The notes below the pieces were generated by a model. That model saw only the letters and a list, made by a program, of their open reading frames with translations. It was not told where the DNA came from and searched no databases. Both the position numbers and the translations under genes were made by a program. Below are positions 17,141 to 27,630 of a stretch of DNA of 64,000 bases, one piece after another (the stretch's first letter is position 1; every line of letters starts with the position of its first letter). The stretch covers positions 37,923 to 101,922 of the forward strand of contig CAYYFB010000001.1 in assembly GCA_964471255.1 (NCBI GenBank). Reading direction: 5' to 3'. This DNA comes from Candidatus Woesearchaeota archaeon. Its GTDB lineage: Archaea; Nanobdellota; Nanobdellia; CAYMVK01; CAYYFB01.

Positions 17141-18574
17141 TTGAAGGATGTCTTATATTTTCATTTTCCTAATATGGGAAAAACAACCTCCTTCCTAGCT
17201 GGGCTACTAACTGGTTTTCTAATATTCTATGGCTTTTACTTCCTAAAGGAGAAAGTAATTTATCCAGAGATAGAAGAGGAGGAAAAAATTAAAGAAAAGA
17301 ATCAAATTTCAATGTATTTGAGATGTCTGATTGAAGAAGAGAAATCATTTGATCAATGTTCATATTTAATACTTAATATTACCTTTTGGGAAAAAGAAAA
17401 GCTTATTGCTTTTGGGAAACTTTTTACAAATCTAGCTAAAACCTACAGAGAATTATTGGATTTAGCTAATTCAATAAATTGGAGTGAAAAACCCGAACTT
17501 ATAGCTAGCAAAATTGCTGAAATAAGAAGAAAATCTAGCGAAATAGAGGATTTTATAAGTTCTCTTAAGAATCTTATCTCTCTTTTGCAGAATTTCGGAG
17601 TAGACATTTCGGATTATTTAACGAAAATAGAGACTGAAAAGGAAAAAGTAGAGAGCATTTGCAACAATTCTTTTCCTAGCCTAATTATAGAGCGAATTGA
17701 GATAATAAATATTTTGCCGCTCGCCTATTATCATTTGGATTGGGCGGCTCCAGCTAAGGTCTATCTCAGAAACCCTTTTAATGAGAGCCTAAACTTAGAT
17801 ATAAAACTAATAATTGGAGATTGGAGCAGCGAAGTAAAGACAATTTTATATCCAAATTCCAAACAAAACATTACTTTAAAGCCGAAGATTTCTATCAAAG
17901 AACCCAGACTGGAGCAGGCTTTAATCGAAATAAGGATAGATAAAAGACTCATATATACACAGCAAGTCCCGATAAAGATTTATCCTAAAGATTATTTCAT
18001 TGCTTTAGAAAGGATTGGTAATAGAAGTCTGAATTTTAGCCTATTACCTGCAGTCTTTGTAATGCCTAATTCAAAAGAAGTGCTGGAATTTATCTCTTCT
18101 ATTTCAAAAAAAGAAAATATAGATTTTGTTGGATATCAGAGGGGAGAAGCTGAGGTGAAGAAGCAGATTGAAGCCATTTGGAATAATTTTAGGGAAGACA
18201 TACACTACTTATCCCCTCCAGTAACCTTTCTGGAGCAGCGAGTGAGATTACCACCCGAGGTTCTTTCAAGAAAGATGGGAAATTGCTTCGATTTATCAAT
18301 AACATTTGCTAGCATATTGGAAGCCATTGGAATTAAACCTGGAGTGGCAATTATTCCTAATCATGCTTTTCCTTGCTATTTCTTAGACCAAGACAAGAAA
18401 AAAATCGAATGTATAGAAGTTACAGCCTTTTCTTCAAGCTATGAAGAAGCATTAAAAATTGGGATGGAAAAATTTGAGGAGAATAAAGAAAAATTATATA
18501 ACAATGTTCTGGAGGACGGATTCTTTTGCGATATAGATTCAGCAAGGAAAGAAGGAATATATCCAATAAGCTAG
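17141..18574 (+). CDS. membrane-anchored transglutaminase-like cysteine protease superfamily protein
   Basis: N-terminal TM (FLAGLLTGFLIFYGFYFL). The C-terminal core is GNCFDLSITFASILEAIGIKPGVAIIPNHAFPCYF (Cys...His spacing of the transglutaminase fold). The track start is TTG; ATG at 17174 is an alternative. Confidence 0.65.
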   Translation: MKDVLYFHFPNMGKTTSFLAGLLTGFLIFYGFYFLKEKVIYPEIEEEEKIKEKNQISMYLRCLIEEEKSFDQCSYLILNITFWEKEKLIAFGKLFTNLAKTYRELLDLANSINWSEKPELIASKIAEIRRKSSEIEDFISSLKNLISLLQNFGVDISDYLTKIETEKEKVESICNNSFPSLIIERIEIINILPLAYYHLDWAAPAKVYLRNPFNESLNLDIKLIIGDWSSEVKTILYPNSKQNITLKPKISIKEPRLEQALIEIRIDKRLIYTQQVPIKIYPKDYFIALERIGNRSLNFSLLPAVFVMPNSKEVLEFISSISKKENIDFVGYQRGEAEVKKQIEAIWNNFREDIHYLSPPVTFLEQRVRLPPEVLSRKMGNCFDLSITFASILEAIGIKPGVAIIPNHAFPCYFLDQDKKKIECIEVTAFSSSYEEALKIGMEKFEENKEKLYNNVLEDGFFCDIDSARKEGIYPIS

Positions 18575-19086
18575 ACAGCAATAACTTTCCCTATTTCAAC
18601 CTTTTCTTTCTTTTCTTTTATAAGAAGACTATTTTTAACAAAAATTGGGATTTTTAATCTTACAGCCACAGCTATACAATCACTTGGCCTGCAATCAACT
18701 GGGGAACCATCTACCCAAAGCGTAGCTATGTATACATTATTAACCAAGGAGTCTATAGTCACGTATTTTCCCCTAAAGGGCTTTAATATGTCCGAAAGCA
18801 AGTCATGGGTGTTTGGTCTAAATCCCCTTTCTCCCCTAATTCCCTTTTCTATGGATATTGCTTGGGATATGCTAATGATAATTGGCAATTCTGCATTTTT
18901 TGTTTCTAAAATAATTACGGCATAATCAGGAGTATATTTTATAGTAATGTTTTTAACTAATGAATAATCTTTCATTTCCAAATATTCCCGCTCCAGCTTA
19001 GTTAGATGAACAAGGTTTAAGAGAAAATACATTAGAATAAATAACATTCCTGTTTTTGAAATATATTCAATCAAAATTCTTTTCAT
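18571..19086 (-). CDS. bifunctional nuclease (BFN/DUF151) family protein with an N-terminal TM helix
   Basis: LPIIISISQAISIEKGIRGERGFRPNTHDLLSDIL.... Confidence 0.7.
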   Translation of the reverse strand: MKRILIEYISKTGMLFILMYFLLNLVHLTKLEREYLEMKDYSLVKNITIKYTPDYAVIILETKNAELPIIISISQAISIEKGIRGERGFRPNTHDLLSDILKPFRGKYVTIDSLVNNVYIATLWVDGSPVDCRPSDCIAVAVRLKIPIFVKNSLLIKEKKEKVEIGKVIAV

Positions 19087-19090
19087 AATT

Positions 19091-19468
19091 CTAATAGGTT
19101 TTTCTTACAAATGTACAATTTTCATCAAGAATTATCGCCGGTCTGTTGCATTCACCAATGCAGCATGAATAATTCCATTTCCATCTAATTTCCTTCCATT
19201 GGGTTATTTTTCCTTTTAAGGTTGAGCTAATTGGAAATTTCAATACTGGATAAATATCTGAAAGTACAGTCCCATTAGTTAAATTAACATGATCCAAAAT
19301 AGCTTTTTTACAAAGCAATCTGCAATAAGCTATTGAATAGCGCTCCTCCAGTTCGGGACTTGGCTTTATTTTAAAGAAATATAAATATGCCATGAGTAAG
19401 TAGATAAAAAGGGCTGGTAGGTAGACAAGCAGTTTCTTCAAAAATTTTTCATTATTTTTGTTATCCAT
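19091..19468 (-). CDS. small membrane-anchored Cys-containing hypothetical protein
   Basis: 125 aa with TM LLVYLPALFIYLLMAYLYFF and Cys pairs (CCIGEC). It is divergent from the giant gene at a 3-nt spacing. Confidence 0.5.
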   Translation of the reverse strand: MDNKNNEKFLKKLLVYLPALFIYLLMAYLYFFKIKPSPELEERYSIAYCRLLCKKAILDHVNLTNGTVLSDIYPVLKFPISSTLKGKITQWKEIRWKWNYSCCIGECNRPAIILDENCTFVRKTY

Positions 19469-19471
19469 AAG

Positions 19472-22400
19472 GTGAATATCTATATGAAAAAGATTTGCAT
19501 AATCCTAGCACCAATCGTCTTTCTTACTCAGACCTTCCTGTTTTCACTTAAAATAGAAAACTATGATATTTGTATCATTGAAAATGTATATCCAGACAGA
19601 AAATGCTGTACGCCCTTTTGTCAAGCACCTGTCCATTGTTATTGTGCTGCTAGTTGCGGTCCTGGGTATTGGGACTGTGGTCCTTGTATTCAGGCTTGCG
19701 AGCCGATTATACCTTATTTGTATCTAGTGGATGTAATAGGGCATACTAACTGCAGAAGTTGGGTATCCGGCGACACCTGGTTCTGTACGGTCGATCGAAA
19801 ATATATTTCAACATGTAATGTTAATGTAAAAAACTATTGGAAATTATCCGCAGATGTTTGTAAAGCAAGCTATCAAGCTGCTTATTGGGGAATGAAAAAT
19901 CGTGGAGTATATGATAGATGGGGAGGAGATCTATTTGGATGGGGCCAAGATGCAGTAGGACATGAGGTGTGGTGGGCCAGCTGTGGGTCTGCTTGTAGCA
20001 ATGAAAGGGCTTTGGGAAAAATAAAGCCGATTTGTGCTGATTATTATTGGGCGTATAAGGAGATAAATATTACTTATAATCTAACCGATACAGATATAAC
20101 CCTAAGGAAATCTGATTATACTCCTGGACCCTATCTCATAGGATGGGCCATTAATGGAAATTCGGATTATCACATAATTGTAAGCGAGGATACAAAGACG
20201 TTTAGATATGATAAAGAAAAATGCGGTTCTGAATCCTGTTGGCAAAAGTTTCAAAGAGATAATTCTGAATTTAATGCAATTTCTGGTATCGATCCTAATG
20301 AGGGAGAAGAGATTGTATTAATAATTGACCAGGATGCCTTTGAAGTATTAAAAACTGAGGAAGATAATGGAAATACAGTTTTATACTATCTTATAAAATT
20401 GGGATATTTGGATCCTAATGTAAATCCTGGGGAAGCAATGGGTAGCTGGACAAGATTGGATAGTTACAAGAATCTCTACAAATTCATTTATTGGGCAACT
20501 TTGGCTGGAAAGGAGATAAAAAACAATTATAATAACTTTTTGGATCTAATGCCATTTTCAAGAAGATATGGTGTAGACAAGCCAATATGTGGAGGGGAAG
20601 GTTGGGAATTAACTGAAGATTATTTCGGAGATCAATATGTAGTAAAGAGCGGGAGCAATCCATCTTGTTTCTGTAAAAAAGAGAAATTATTACTTACCTA
20701 TTATGAAACTAAGTGGAGAGATAGTGCTGGATCTCCTACAGGATTAGGAAATTGCTATAATGGATATTGCACAGATGTTTACCTGCTCCAGGATGCCCAG
20801 ATTTATATCGATACAGAAAAAAAGAAATCCTGGGAATGGATGGATGGAAGTGTAGATTATTACAAATGGAAAGGGAAGTTTGTAAAGCTATCAGCAGATT
20901 TAGTAATATCTGGGAATTACAAACCAAGTGGGACTTATAAGTATTATTATATCCAAATACCTGAGACTGGAGAGCCAGTAATAAAATACACACCTTCAGG
21001 AAGGAAAGTATACTGGAGAAATAAGTATGTTGATGACTTAATTGACACCATATCTTTTAAGATTGAAAGGACTACGGAGTGCGAAGAGAATGAGTGGGGA
21101 GACGTATTCTGTTATACAAGCTATGATATGTATTTAAGAAACAATCTTGGATCAGAAAGAGTCTGTAGAGGTAGAGATGGTGCCTTTATTGTGAATGAAA
21201 AATACCCAGATCCTGCTTGTATTAAAAAAAGCCTTTACGATTTGTTAGAAGAAGAATTTAATAAAAGCTATTTCCTTAATCGAAAAGTTCCTGAATATAC
21301 ACTAAGAGTTCCTCTTAATACAAGCTTTCTTGTTGGATTTGAAGTAAGGAATGAAGGAGAAGGGGAGATAACATTTGGTTATTATTTCCAAATTGCAAAG
21401 GGTAATCAGCTGCTCCAGGAAAAAAGCTCAAGAGAACCAGATAACTGTTTTTGGGTTGATGAGAACGGAAATATAGGAACTGGAGACGTATCCCTTCCAG
21501 CCGATTCAAAAGCCTACGTATTCTGTAAATTTGATGTTCTAGAAGAGGAAGGGTGTTATGATCTATCTTTTGTGGTCTTTCTCAAACTAAATGGAAAATA
21601 TATAGACTTTGATGGGGATGGATTAGATTTCTCCAAAGCCGGCACTCCAGACTTGCAGGATGGTTTCCTCTTTGCTAGAGTTATTTTAAATGCTGGTAGG
21701 ATAATAAATGAAACAAACGTAGGAGCGGTCAATGAAAGCCTTCAATTAGTGACAAAATTCTGGAGAAGAATAGAACTAGACGCAAAACAGTTTGCTTCAG
21801 GTTTTAGAGATGAACCTTTCAATTCAAGCTCAATTTCTTTTAATAAAGATCCACTTTCAGAAAGATTTGCTTACTTATTTACTGATACAGGAGACATAAC
21901 CGTTACTTTTTCTACGAACAAAAAAGCAGTTTTTCTAAGAGTATGGAGAATTGATCAGGACAATGAAATAGAGGAAATAGAATCAATTCTAAATATTAAT
22001 GGAATAAATAACACCGAAATATATTTATCAGAAGGGAATAGTTGGTACATAATTGATGTTGTATTTGCTGGATCTACTGCAGGAAAAATATACCTAAATG
22101 GGATGGAAATACCTCAAAGATTTGCAGGGAACTGTACCTGGCCCCATTTCAATTATGGCTACTGCAGATACTCAAAAGGAGAGATCGGGGATACTTTTAA
22201 GTATCAAACAGGCTTAGACTGGAACCAATCCTGGAGAATCTTGGATTGTGTCTTTCAAGAATATCCGGATTGTATGCGAATAGATTATAATCCAGCAATT
22301 TATCATTTGGAACACAGAATTTCCGCATTGCTCTGGAGTGCAGCATATTCGCCAACTTCTGTTCCAGTAAAGGTTTATGAAGCAGAAATAGAGGGCCAGA

Positions 22401-23731
22401 AATACATATTTTCTTATCTATTTGCTGGATGTGGTGATAAGATTTGCATGCCATTTAGAGGGGAAAGATGCTATGTTAGGGTCTGCCCTGAATGTTCTCC
22501 GGCTTCTATTAGCCGACAATATGGGATAGATTACTACTATCGCAATTACCAAGATCTCTACAATAAGTATTGTACCCAAGGAAATTGCTACAATATCGAA
22601 TACTGTTATTGTCCAGATTATAATGAGGAATGCGATTATAGGGTAAGAGATATATTTGGTTGCGTAAAAATAAAGGGAATTGGGGAAGAGGCTTCAGCAA
22701 AGTGCCAATGCGATTGGATAAGAAATGTAACTCTAACTAAAAAAGACTATTGTTGCCCAATTGATTCCCAAATAGCATTTTCCCATAAACCCGGAGTATT
22801 TAGATATTTATCAACAGAATTTCTGACTTTAGGAAGAATAGGAGAAGGGGATTATTATACCACCAGAATCTATCTTGAGAATTCTAATTGCGGAAATATA
22901 ACTACCGGATTCTATGGATTTACTGCTGCAAACTTGGATATACTTACTGATGCTTACTGCGAATTATCTCCAAGCAAAGTATTAGAATTATTTGGGGATT
23001 GTCTAGGAAGCTGTAATTGGTGGGATATTGGATGTTTGCTAACCAATTGCTGGAATGAATTGACAAGTTATGCAATTGATTGTTCACGGATCGTTCTTCT
23101 TCCAGTCCTTCGATCAGTTCCAGTAGGAGAAATTCCAGGTTATGTATTATCCAAAGTGAATATTACTTATTTTGACCCGGAAGACAAAGATTTCAAGAAG
23201 CTGGATTGGGATACATTAGCTAGCAGTTATGGAGATAATATAAGGAAATATCGAGAAAAATCAGATCAAGGAAAAGCAGATATAGTTGATATAGGAGGAG
23301 AGAAATATCTATTGCAGGATTGTACATTAAAGGAATGCACTTGTGTAGATGGGGAACCAGTAAATTGGGAGCCAGAACCAATTTGGTGGGGGATAATTCC
23401 TGTGGGATTAAGAGTGCATATAGAGAAGTATAGATGCCATGTGTGGGAGTGTAAAGGGGCACATATAATTTATTCGGAGGTAGACGTAACTCCAAAGGAA
23501 ATTGGGACCTTTTTATTCCTCTCATTGGAAATTGTGCAAAGAGGCGAAGAACCTCTTGCGTTTTCTAGAACTTGTGGCTACAGAACTGGGGAAAATGAAA
23601 CTGAGTATTGTAGTATTTCTTTACCAGAAGGCTGCCGAATTAATTGGGGGAAGGATCCAAGCGGAGAGTTTGTAGAAAATATAGCTTGTGGCTGGAGAGT
23701 GTCACCACCTTTGGGTTATCCTACTGCTTAA
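19472..23731 (+). CDS. giant (1419 aa) secreted cysteine-rich protein
   Basis: Signal-like N-terminus (MKKICIILAPIVFLTQTFLFS from ATG 19484). Cys is dense throughout (CCTPFCQAPVHCYCAASCGPGYWDCGPCIQAC ...) and the protein is W/Y/G/N-rich. No recognised domain. Confidence 0.8.
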   Translation: MNIYMKKICIILAPIVFLTQTFLFSLKIENYDICIIENVYPDRKCCTPFCQAPVHCYCAASCGPGYWDCGPCIQACEPIIPYLYLVDVIGHTNCRSWVSGDTWFCTVDRKYISTCNVNVKNYWKLSADVCKASYQAAYWGMKNRGVYDRWGGDLFGWGQDAVGHEVWWASCGSACSNERALGKIKPICADYYWAYKEINITYNLTDTDITLRKSDYTPGPYLIGWAINGNSDYHIIVSEDTKTFRYDKEKCGSESCWQKFQRDNSEFNAISGIDPNEGEEIVLIIDQDAFEVLKTEEDNGNTVLYYLIKLGYLDPNVNPGEAMGSWTRLDSYKNLYKFIYWATLAGKEIKNNYNNFLDLMPFSRRYGVDKPICGGEGWELTEDYFGDQYVVKSGSNPSCFCKKEKLLLTYYETKWRDSAGSPTGLGNCYNGYCTDVYLLQDAQIYIDTEKKKSWEWMDGSVDYYKWKGKFVKLSADLVISGNYKPSGTYKYYYIQIPETGEPVIKYTPSGRKVYWRNKYVDDLIDTISFKIERTTECEENEWGDVFCYTSYDMYLRNNLGSERVCRGRDGAFIVNEKYPDPACIKKSLYDLLEEEFNKSYFLNRKVPEYTLRVPLNTSFLVGFEVRNEGEGEITFGYYFQIAKGNQLLQEKSSREPDNCFWVDENGNIGTGDVSLPADSKAYVFCKFDVLEEEGCYDLSFVVFLKLNGKYIDFDGDGLDFSKAGTPDLQDGFLFARVILNAGRIINETNVGAVNESLQLVTKFWRRIELDAKQFASGFRDEPFNSSSISFNKDPLSERFAYLFTDTGDITVTFSTNKKAVFLRVWRIDQDNEIEEIESILNINGINNTEIYLSEGNSWYIIDVVFAGSTAGKIYLNGMEIPQRFAGNCTWPHFNYGYCRYSKGEIGDTFKYQTGLDWNQSWRILDCVFQEYPDCMRIDYNPAIYHLEHRISALLWSAAYSPTSVPVKVYEAEIEGQKYIFSYLFAGCGDKICMPFRGERCYVRVCPECSPASISRQYGIDYYYRNYQDLYNKYCTQGNCYNIEYCYCPDYNEECDYRVRDIFGCVKIKGIGEEASAKCQCDWIRNVTLTKKDYCCPIDSQIAFSHKPGVFRYLSTEFLTLGRIGEGDYYTTRIYLENSNCGNITTGFYGFTAANLDILTDAYCELSPSKVLELFGDCLGSCNWWDIGCLLTNCWNELTSYAIDCSRIVLLPVLRSVPVGEIPGYVLSKVNITYFDPEDKDFKKLDWDTLASSYGDNIRKYREKSDQGKADIVDIGGEKYLLQDCTLKECTCVDGEPVNWEPEPIWWGIIPVGLRVHIEKYRCHVWECKGAHIIYSEVDVTPKEIGTFLFLSLEIVQRGEEPLAFSRTCGYRTGENETEYCSISLPEGCRINWGKDPSGEFVENIACGWRVSPPLGYPTA

Positions 23732-23761
23732 GTTTTTAGATCTTATCTAGGTAGTAGTAAT

Positions 23762-24859
23762 ATGGCGGAACTTATAAAGGAAGTCGTGCCAGAGCAATTA
23801 ATAGCACTAGGCAATCAGGAATTATCACATTTGTTAGTAAGGACAAGTCATATTCTCAAACTTAAAAAGACTCTAGAGGGGATACTTGCTTCAGGGGCAG
23901 CGGGAGGTGTGATAAACGGTGGTATTCCGGCTTACCCTGTTGTAGAGACGGGAAGGAACTTAGATATAATTGTTACATCGGCAGATGTGCCAGGATATGT
24001 ACCTCTCCAGACTTTCGTGAACTATGGACCTAAAGATTTAATTAGAGATACACTTCCCTATTTGGGAATCTTTGGAGCTATGGGTTTTGCCTTATTTTCG
24101 TTGATTGCAGGAATTCCTGCAGCTTTAAAGTGGTTTAAAGATAGAAAGAGATTTTACACAGAATATCCTAAATTAGTGAAACGAGCTAAAAGGCTAGAAG
24201 AGATTGGCAAGTCTCTAGAAGAACATCACCCTGATATGGCAAATTACTTCATCTATGTTTCAGGGGTGTTTCGCAGATTATTAAATGAAATGCGTAGCTT
24301 TTATGAAAGTTGGAAATATAGAGCAGTAAAATATGCGGACATTATTGGAAAAATACTTGGAATTGCTTTGGGGATATATGTACTAGTAACCTTGCTCCCT
24401 CCATTCTTCGGCCTAATAATACCAGCATATAATGCAGTTAGGACTGTACTCTCTTTTCCCACAAAGAAATCTATAGTAGGGCTTGTTTACGTTGCTCCTT
24501 CTCGTGAAGCTTTAGCGAAAATTCGTATACCCTTTGATATCCTTAAATCAAAAATAGGAGGTCTATTAACCCTTGATAAAATAATAGCAACCTGCCTTGC
24601 AATAGTCTCTACAGGCATCGGAATAGCCTCAGGCTATCTTGATAGAGCCATAGCAAAACTTGCAGAGAGAGCATATCAAGAAATTTTCGAAAGAGCTAGG
24701 GCTGTTGGATTGGACGAAAGAATATACAGAAGAGTTATTGCTGAATTAGAAAGAGCAAAGGTTCCAAAATCAACAAGAAAATACATAGGAAAAATCTTTG
24801 AAAGAGTAAGGAAACGTTTTAGATTCATAAGGGCACCAACAGTTCCTGCTTATTCTTAA
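23762..24859 (+). CDS. hypothetical polytopic membrane protein
   Basis: 365 aa with several hydrophobic helices and a basic C-terminus. It lies immediately downstream of the giant gene. Confidence 0.65.
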   Translation: MAELIKEVVPEQLIALGNQELSHLLVRTSHILKLKKTLEGILASGAAGGVINGGIPAYPVVETGRNLDIIVTSADVPGYVPLQTFVNYGPKDLIRDTLPYLGIFGAMGFALFSLIAGIPAALKWFKDRKRFYTEYPKLVKRAKRLEEIGKSLEEHHPDMANYFIYVSGVFRRLLNEMRSFYESWKYRAVKYADIIGKILGIALGIYVLVTLLPPFFGLIIPAYNAVRTVLSFPTKKSIVGLVYVAPSREALAKIRIPFDILKSKIGGLLTLDKIIATCLAIVSTGIGIASGYLDRAIAKLAERAYQEIFERARAVGLDERIYRRVIAELERAKVPKSTRKYIGKIFERVRKRFRFIRAPTVPAYS

Positions 24860-24876
24860 TTTTTATTATTTAGTTT

Positions 24877-25800
24877 TTATTTTCTATTTGACTCTAAATA
24901 TTCTCCCATACCTACTTGTTCAAGGAATTTTCTTGAGATATTCCTATATCCTTCTTCTATCACAACAAAGTACTTCTTATATTTTATTCCCAAGAACGAA
25001 TTAAGATCATATAGGTTTTTAATTGTAAGGATAGAAACAACTAAAGCAAGATCGCTAGGCATCTTTAATAGTTTCTCTCTTAACTCGTCACTTTTTTCTA
25101 TTAGTGCAATAAATTCTTTAATGCACTTGTTGATGTTTTTTAATCCTTTAATCCATATCTTTAGTTCCTCTTTAAGAGTCTCCAAATCTGGAAATGGATT
25201 GGAAAGCAAAAATTCTGGAAATTTTTTAGAAAGCCATACTAGATCAATTGTAAAAACAACATTTTCAAAAATATCTTTTTTCTCTAGATAAGAAAAAGAT
25301 GAAAGAAATTTTGACGGATAACTAATAAAAATATCAATACTTTGTCTTAATATTTCTAAATATTGGAAATACACACTGGAATCAATAATGAAATAATTTA
25401 TTCTTTTTAATCCCGATTCTTGAACTATTTGATTTACAGTTTCCTTTAAGCTCATTTCCTCTTGAACCACCAAAGCCAGTGGTCTGACTTTCCTAAGATA
25501 CTCTGCTATAGAGTGAGCAAGGGAAAGAATATCTTCAACAACGTTTTTAAGGTTTGAAAAGCTAATTTTTTCCCTATTTCTTAATAAACTCTCTAGATTT
25601 GGAGTAGGAGAAACTGGAATGTTTTCTCTTATCTCCAGATATGTCTGCAGAGCAGAGTAGAGATCATCTCTAATAATATAATTTAATAAGTCTACAATTT
25701 TTCTAAAAGGAATAAAAGTATGTCCAAATAATAATTCATCTAAAATAAGAATGGGATATGGATCATACGAATAAATAATAAAAGATAGTTTCCTTTTCAT
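24877..25800 (-). CDS. hypothetical protein
   Basis: 307-aa ORF, no motif recognised. Confidence 0.55.
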   Translation of the reverse strand: MKRKLSFIIYSYDPYPILILDELLFGHTFIPFRKIVDLLNYIIRDDLYSALQTYLEIRENIPVSPTPNLESLLRNREKISFSNLKNVVEDILSLAHSIAEYLRKVRPLALVVQEEMSLKETVNQIVQESGLKRINYFIIDSSVYFQYLEILRQSIDIFISYPSKFLSSFSYLEKKDIFENVVFTIDLVWLSKKFPEFLLSNPFPDLETLKEELKIWIKGLKNINKCIKEFIALIEKSDELREKLLKMPSDLALVVSILTIKNLYDLNSFLGIKYKKYFVVIEEGYRNISRKFLEQVGMGEYLESNRK

Positions 25801-25807
25801 TCTGTTT

Positions 25808-26242
25808 TTAAGTATACGATTCTCTAGCTTTATCCACTAATCCTAAAAGCCCATAAACAAAGGAGGAAATGTTTTCTAAGTAATAGATTGTCCCCGTTGC
25901 CCTTACTAAAGCTTTAACAATGTCTTCTCTTAAAGCTACATATTCTCTGCCCGCTATGTAATCCGTTTTTATAATATTTCTAAAATTCTCAAGAAATTTT
26001 CTTTCCTCCTCACTAAGCTGCTCTGATGATATAATCATTCCTTCAGCAATTTTCCTTAGGTTAGAGTATTGGGAGGAATAATATTGTGGATTAAAAGTAC
26101 ATGCAAAAAATTTTGCTATTTCCTTTCTTTCCTCTTCTGAGAATTGAGGAGAAGGAAGCAATGTTTCAATAACTTTTTCTGTTATTGGTTCTAACAATTT
26201 CACTAGATTTATATCTGGAGGCCTTGCAGTTACTATAGTCAC
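25808..26242 (-). CDS. hypothetical protein
   Basis: 144-aa ORF upstream of, and co-oriented with, 24877..25800. Confidence 0.55.
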   Translation of the reverse strand: MTIVTARPPDINLVKLLEPITEKVIETLLPSPQFSEEERKEIAKFFACTFNPQYYSSQYSNLRKIAEGMIISSEQLSEEERKFLENFRNIIKTDYIAGREYVALREDIVKALVRATGTIYYLENISSFVYGLLGLVDKARESYT

Positions 26243-26423
26243 AATTAATACTAGGAATAATCCTATAATAGCTTAGCCATAAAGATTTTCCAAACCTAAA
26301 TGATTGGAAGGAAATGAAAAATATTTCCTAAATAAGGACATTCGATAAATCCAAATTAGCTTAGGCGCTCCAGATTTTATTCCCTAAAACATTTTTGCTG
26401 TATTTTCTAATATCTAAACGAAT

Positions 26424-26885
26424 TTGTACAAAATAAATAAATACTTGCCAAGAAAGAACCAAAGAATGACCCTGCTAACAAAAGACCCATATACTGGGAA
26501 GCTAATTGATGTAAGGAAGATAATCCAATATGCAAAAAACCCACCAGCTAGGAATACCAAGTACCTAGAATCAACAGGGTTTGCATATCTAGATGAGCAT
26601 TTTGGATTACCATATGTCCTAGCATACAAAGCAAAAGAACTGGAGCGGGGAAGTGTTCGGAGAAATATGAATCTTGAAGAGCTTATAGGAAGGAAAAATA
26701 AGTTAGAGGAAGGATTAGAGCTTATGTTAGCGGACTGTACAAGTTGTCCATCATTTTTCGGAGATAGAATTACATGTCCATGTACTTGTGGGAGGGATTT
26801 AGCCATAAGGGATACTATAAAGGAGTTAGGAGAAATTGAGGAAAAAATATCTAAAGCTGGATCTCAAAAGAGGATTGTTTACTAA
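26424..26885 (+). CDS. hypothetical protein with a Cys cluster (CTSCPSFFGDRITCPCTCG)
   Basis: Its K/E-rich composition is normal for this genome, unlike the overlapping minus-strand ORF. The real start may be Met15 (26466). Confidence 0.55.
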   Translation: MYKINKYLPRKNQRMTLLTKDPYTGKLIDVRKIIQYAKNPPARNTKYLESTGFAYLDEHFGLPYVLAYKAKELERGSVRRNMNLEELIGRKNKLEEGLELMLADCTSCPSFFGDRITCPCTCGRDLAIRDTIKELGEIEEKISKAGSQKRIVY

Positions 26886-26905
26886 TTTCTTTTTCCTTTA
26901 TTTTT

Positions 26906-27421
26906 ATGAAAATTTTAATCTCAGGCACTCCAGGTTCTGGAAAGACAACCCTTTGTAAGAAAGTTTACGAGCAATTTAAAGATAGGATAAATATATCTGG
27001 AGTAATAACTGAGGAAGAAAGGGTCTCTGGAAAAAGAGTTGGATTTAAAATTAAGAAATTAGGAAGCAAAGATTGGGTTTGGCTAGCTAATATATGGGGG
27101 CCTGGAGCGCGATTTGGAAAATACTATATTTTCTTAAAAAATATAAACAAGATGATAGAATGGATTGAAGAAGTTGAAAAGAATTCAGATTTGTTAATAA
27201 TAGATGAGTATGGCCCTATGGAGCTTATGAATCCTAACTTTAAAAGAAAGATAATAGATCTAATTGAAAGCGATAAAAATATTATCCTAACAGCCCATAG
27301 GAAGAGGTATAGGGAACTTCTGGAGCGGGAGGAACTTATCCTAATCTGGTTAACTCCCTTAAATAGAAAAGAGGGCTTTGAAAGAATAAAAGAGATTATT
27401 AAGAGGGAATTCAATTTATAA
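26906..27421 (+). CDS. THEP1/MJ1559-type nucleoside-triphosphatase (COG1618)
   Basis: MKILISGTPGSGKTTL (Walker A) ... LLIIDEYGPMEL (Walker B context typical of THEP1). Confidence 0.8.
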   Translation: MKILISGTPGSGKTTLCKKVYEQFKDRINISGVITEEERVSGKRVGFKIKKLGSKDWVWLANIWGPGARFGKYYIFLKNINKMIEWIEEVEKNSDLLIIDEYGPMELMNPNFKRKIIDLIESDKNIILTAHRKRYRELLEREELILIWLTPLNRKEGFERIKEIIKREFNL

Positions 27422-27422
27422 C

Positions 27423-27584
27423 ATGGCAAGGAAAAGAGACAGAATAGTTATCCCTGGGAGCATAGGGGGACTTTACGCTGTTTCTGAAGCTGAGAAATTT
27501 GGAATAAAACTTAAAAAAGAATATGTAATTGTTCTTACGATAATAGTTGTTGCTTTAATTTGGTTAGTAAGAATTTTCTTCTAA
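27423..27584 (+). CDS. preprotein translocase subunit Sec61-beta (SecG), 53 aa; not in the ORF track
   Basis: MARKRDRIVIPGSIGGLYAVSEAEKFGIKLKKEYVIVLTIIVVALIWLVRIFF: a basic N-terminus, a GGL.. segment and a single C-terminal TM, as in archaeal Sec61-beta. Confidence 0.6.
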   Translation: MARKRDRIVIPGSIGGLYAVSEAEKFGIKLKKEYVIVLTIIVVALIWLVRIFF

Positions 27585-27630
27585 CCTTCTTAATTCTTAA
27601 TTTAAGAGGTTTAGTAAAAAGGAAAAATTT

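Noticed and set aside
26290-26320. Inverted repeat TTCCAA-N10-TTGGAA in the 180-nt divergent spacer, considered as a mini-ORB or origin element.
   Set aside because: The arms are only 6 bp, there are no repeated ORB copies, no cdc6/orc1 gene is nearby, and no obvious unwinding element beyond the general AT-richness.
26414-26806. Minus-strand 130-aa ORF competing with plus-strand 26424..26885.
   Set aside because: Its composition (S/F/L/P-rich, no charged helices) looks like an antisense shadow. The plus-strand ORF has normal composition and a Cys cluster.
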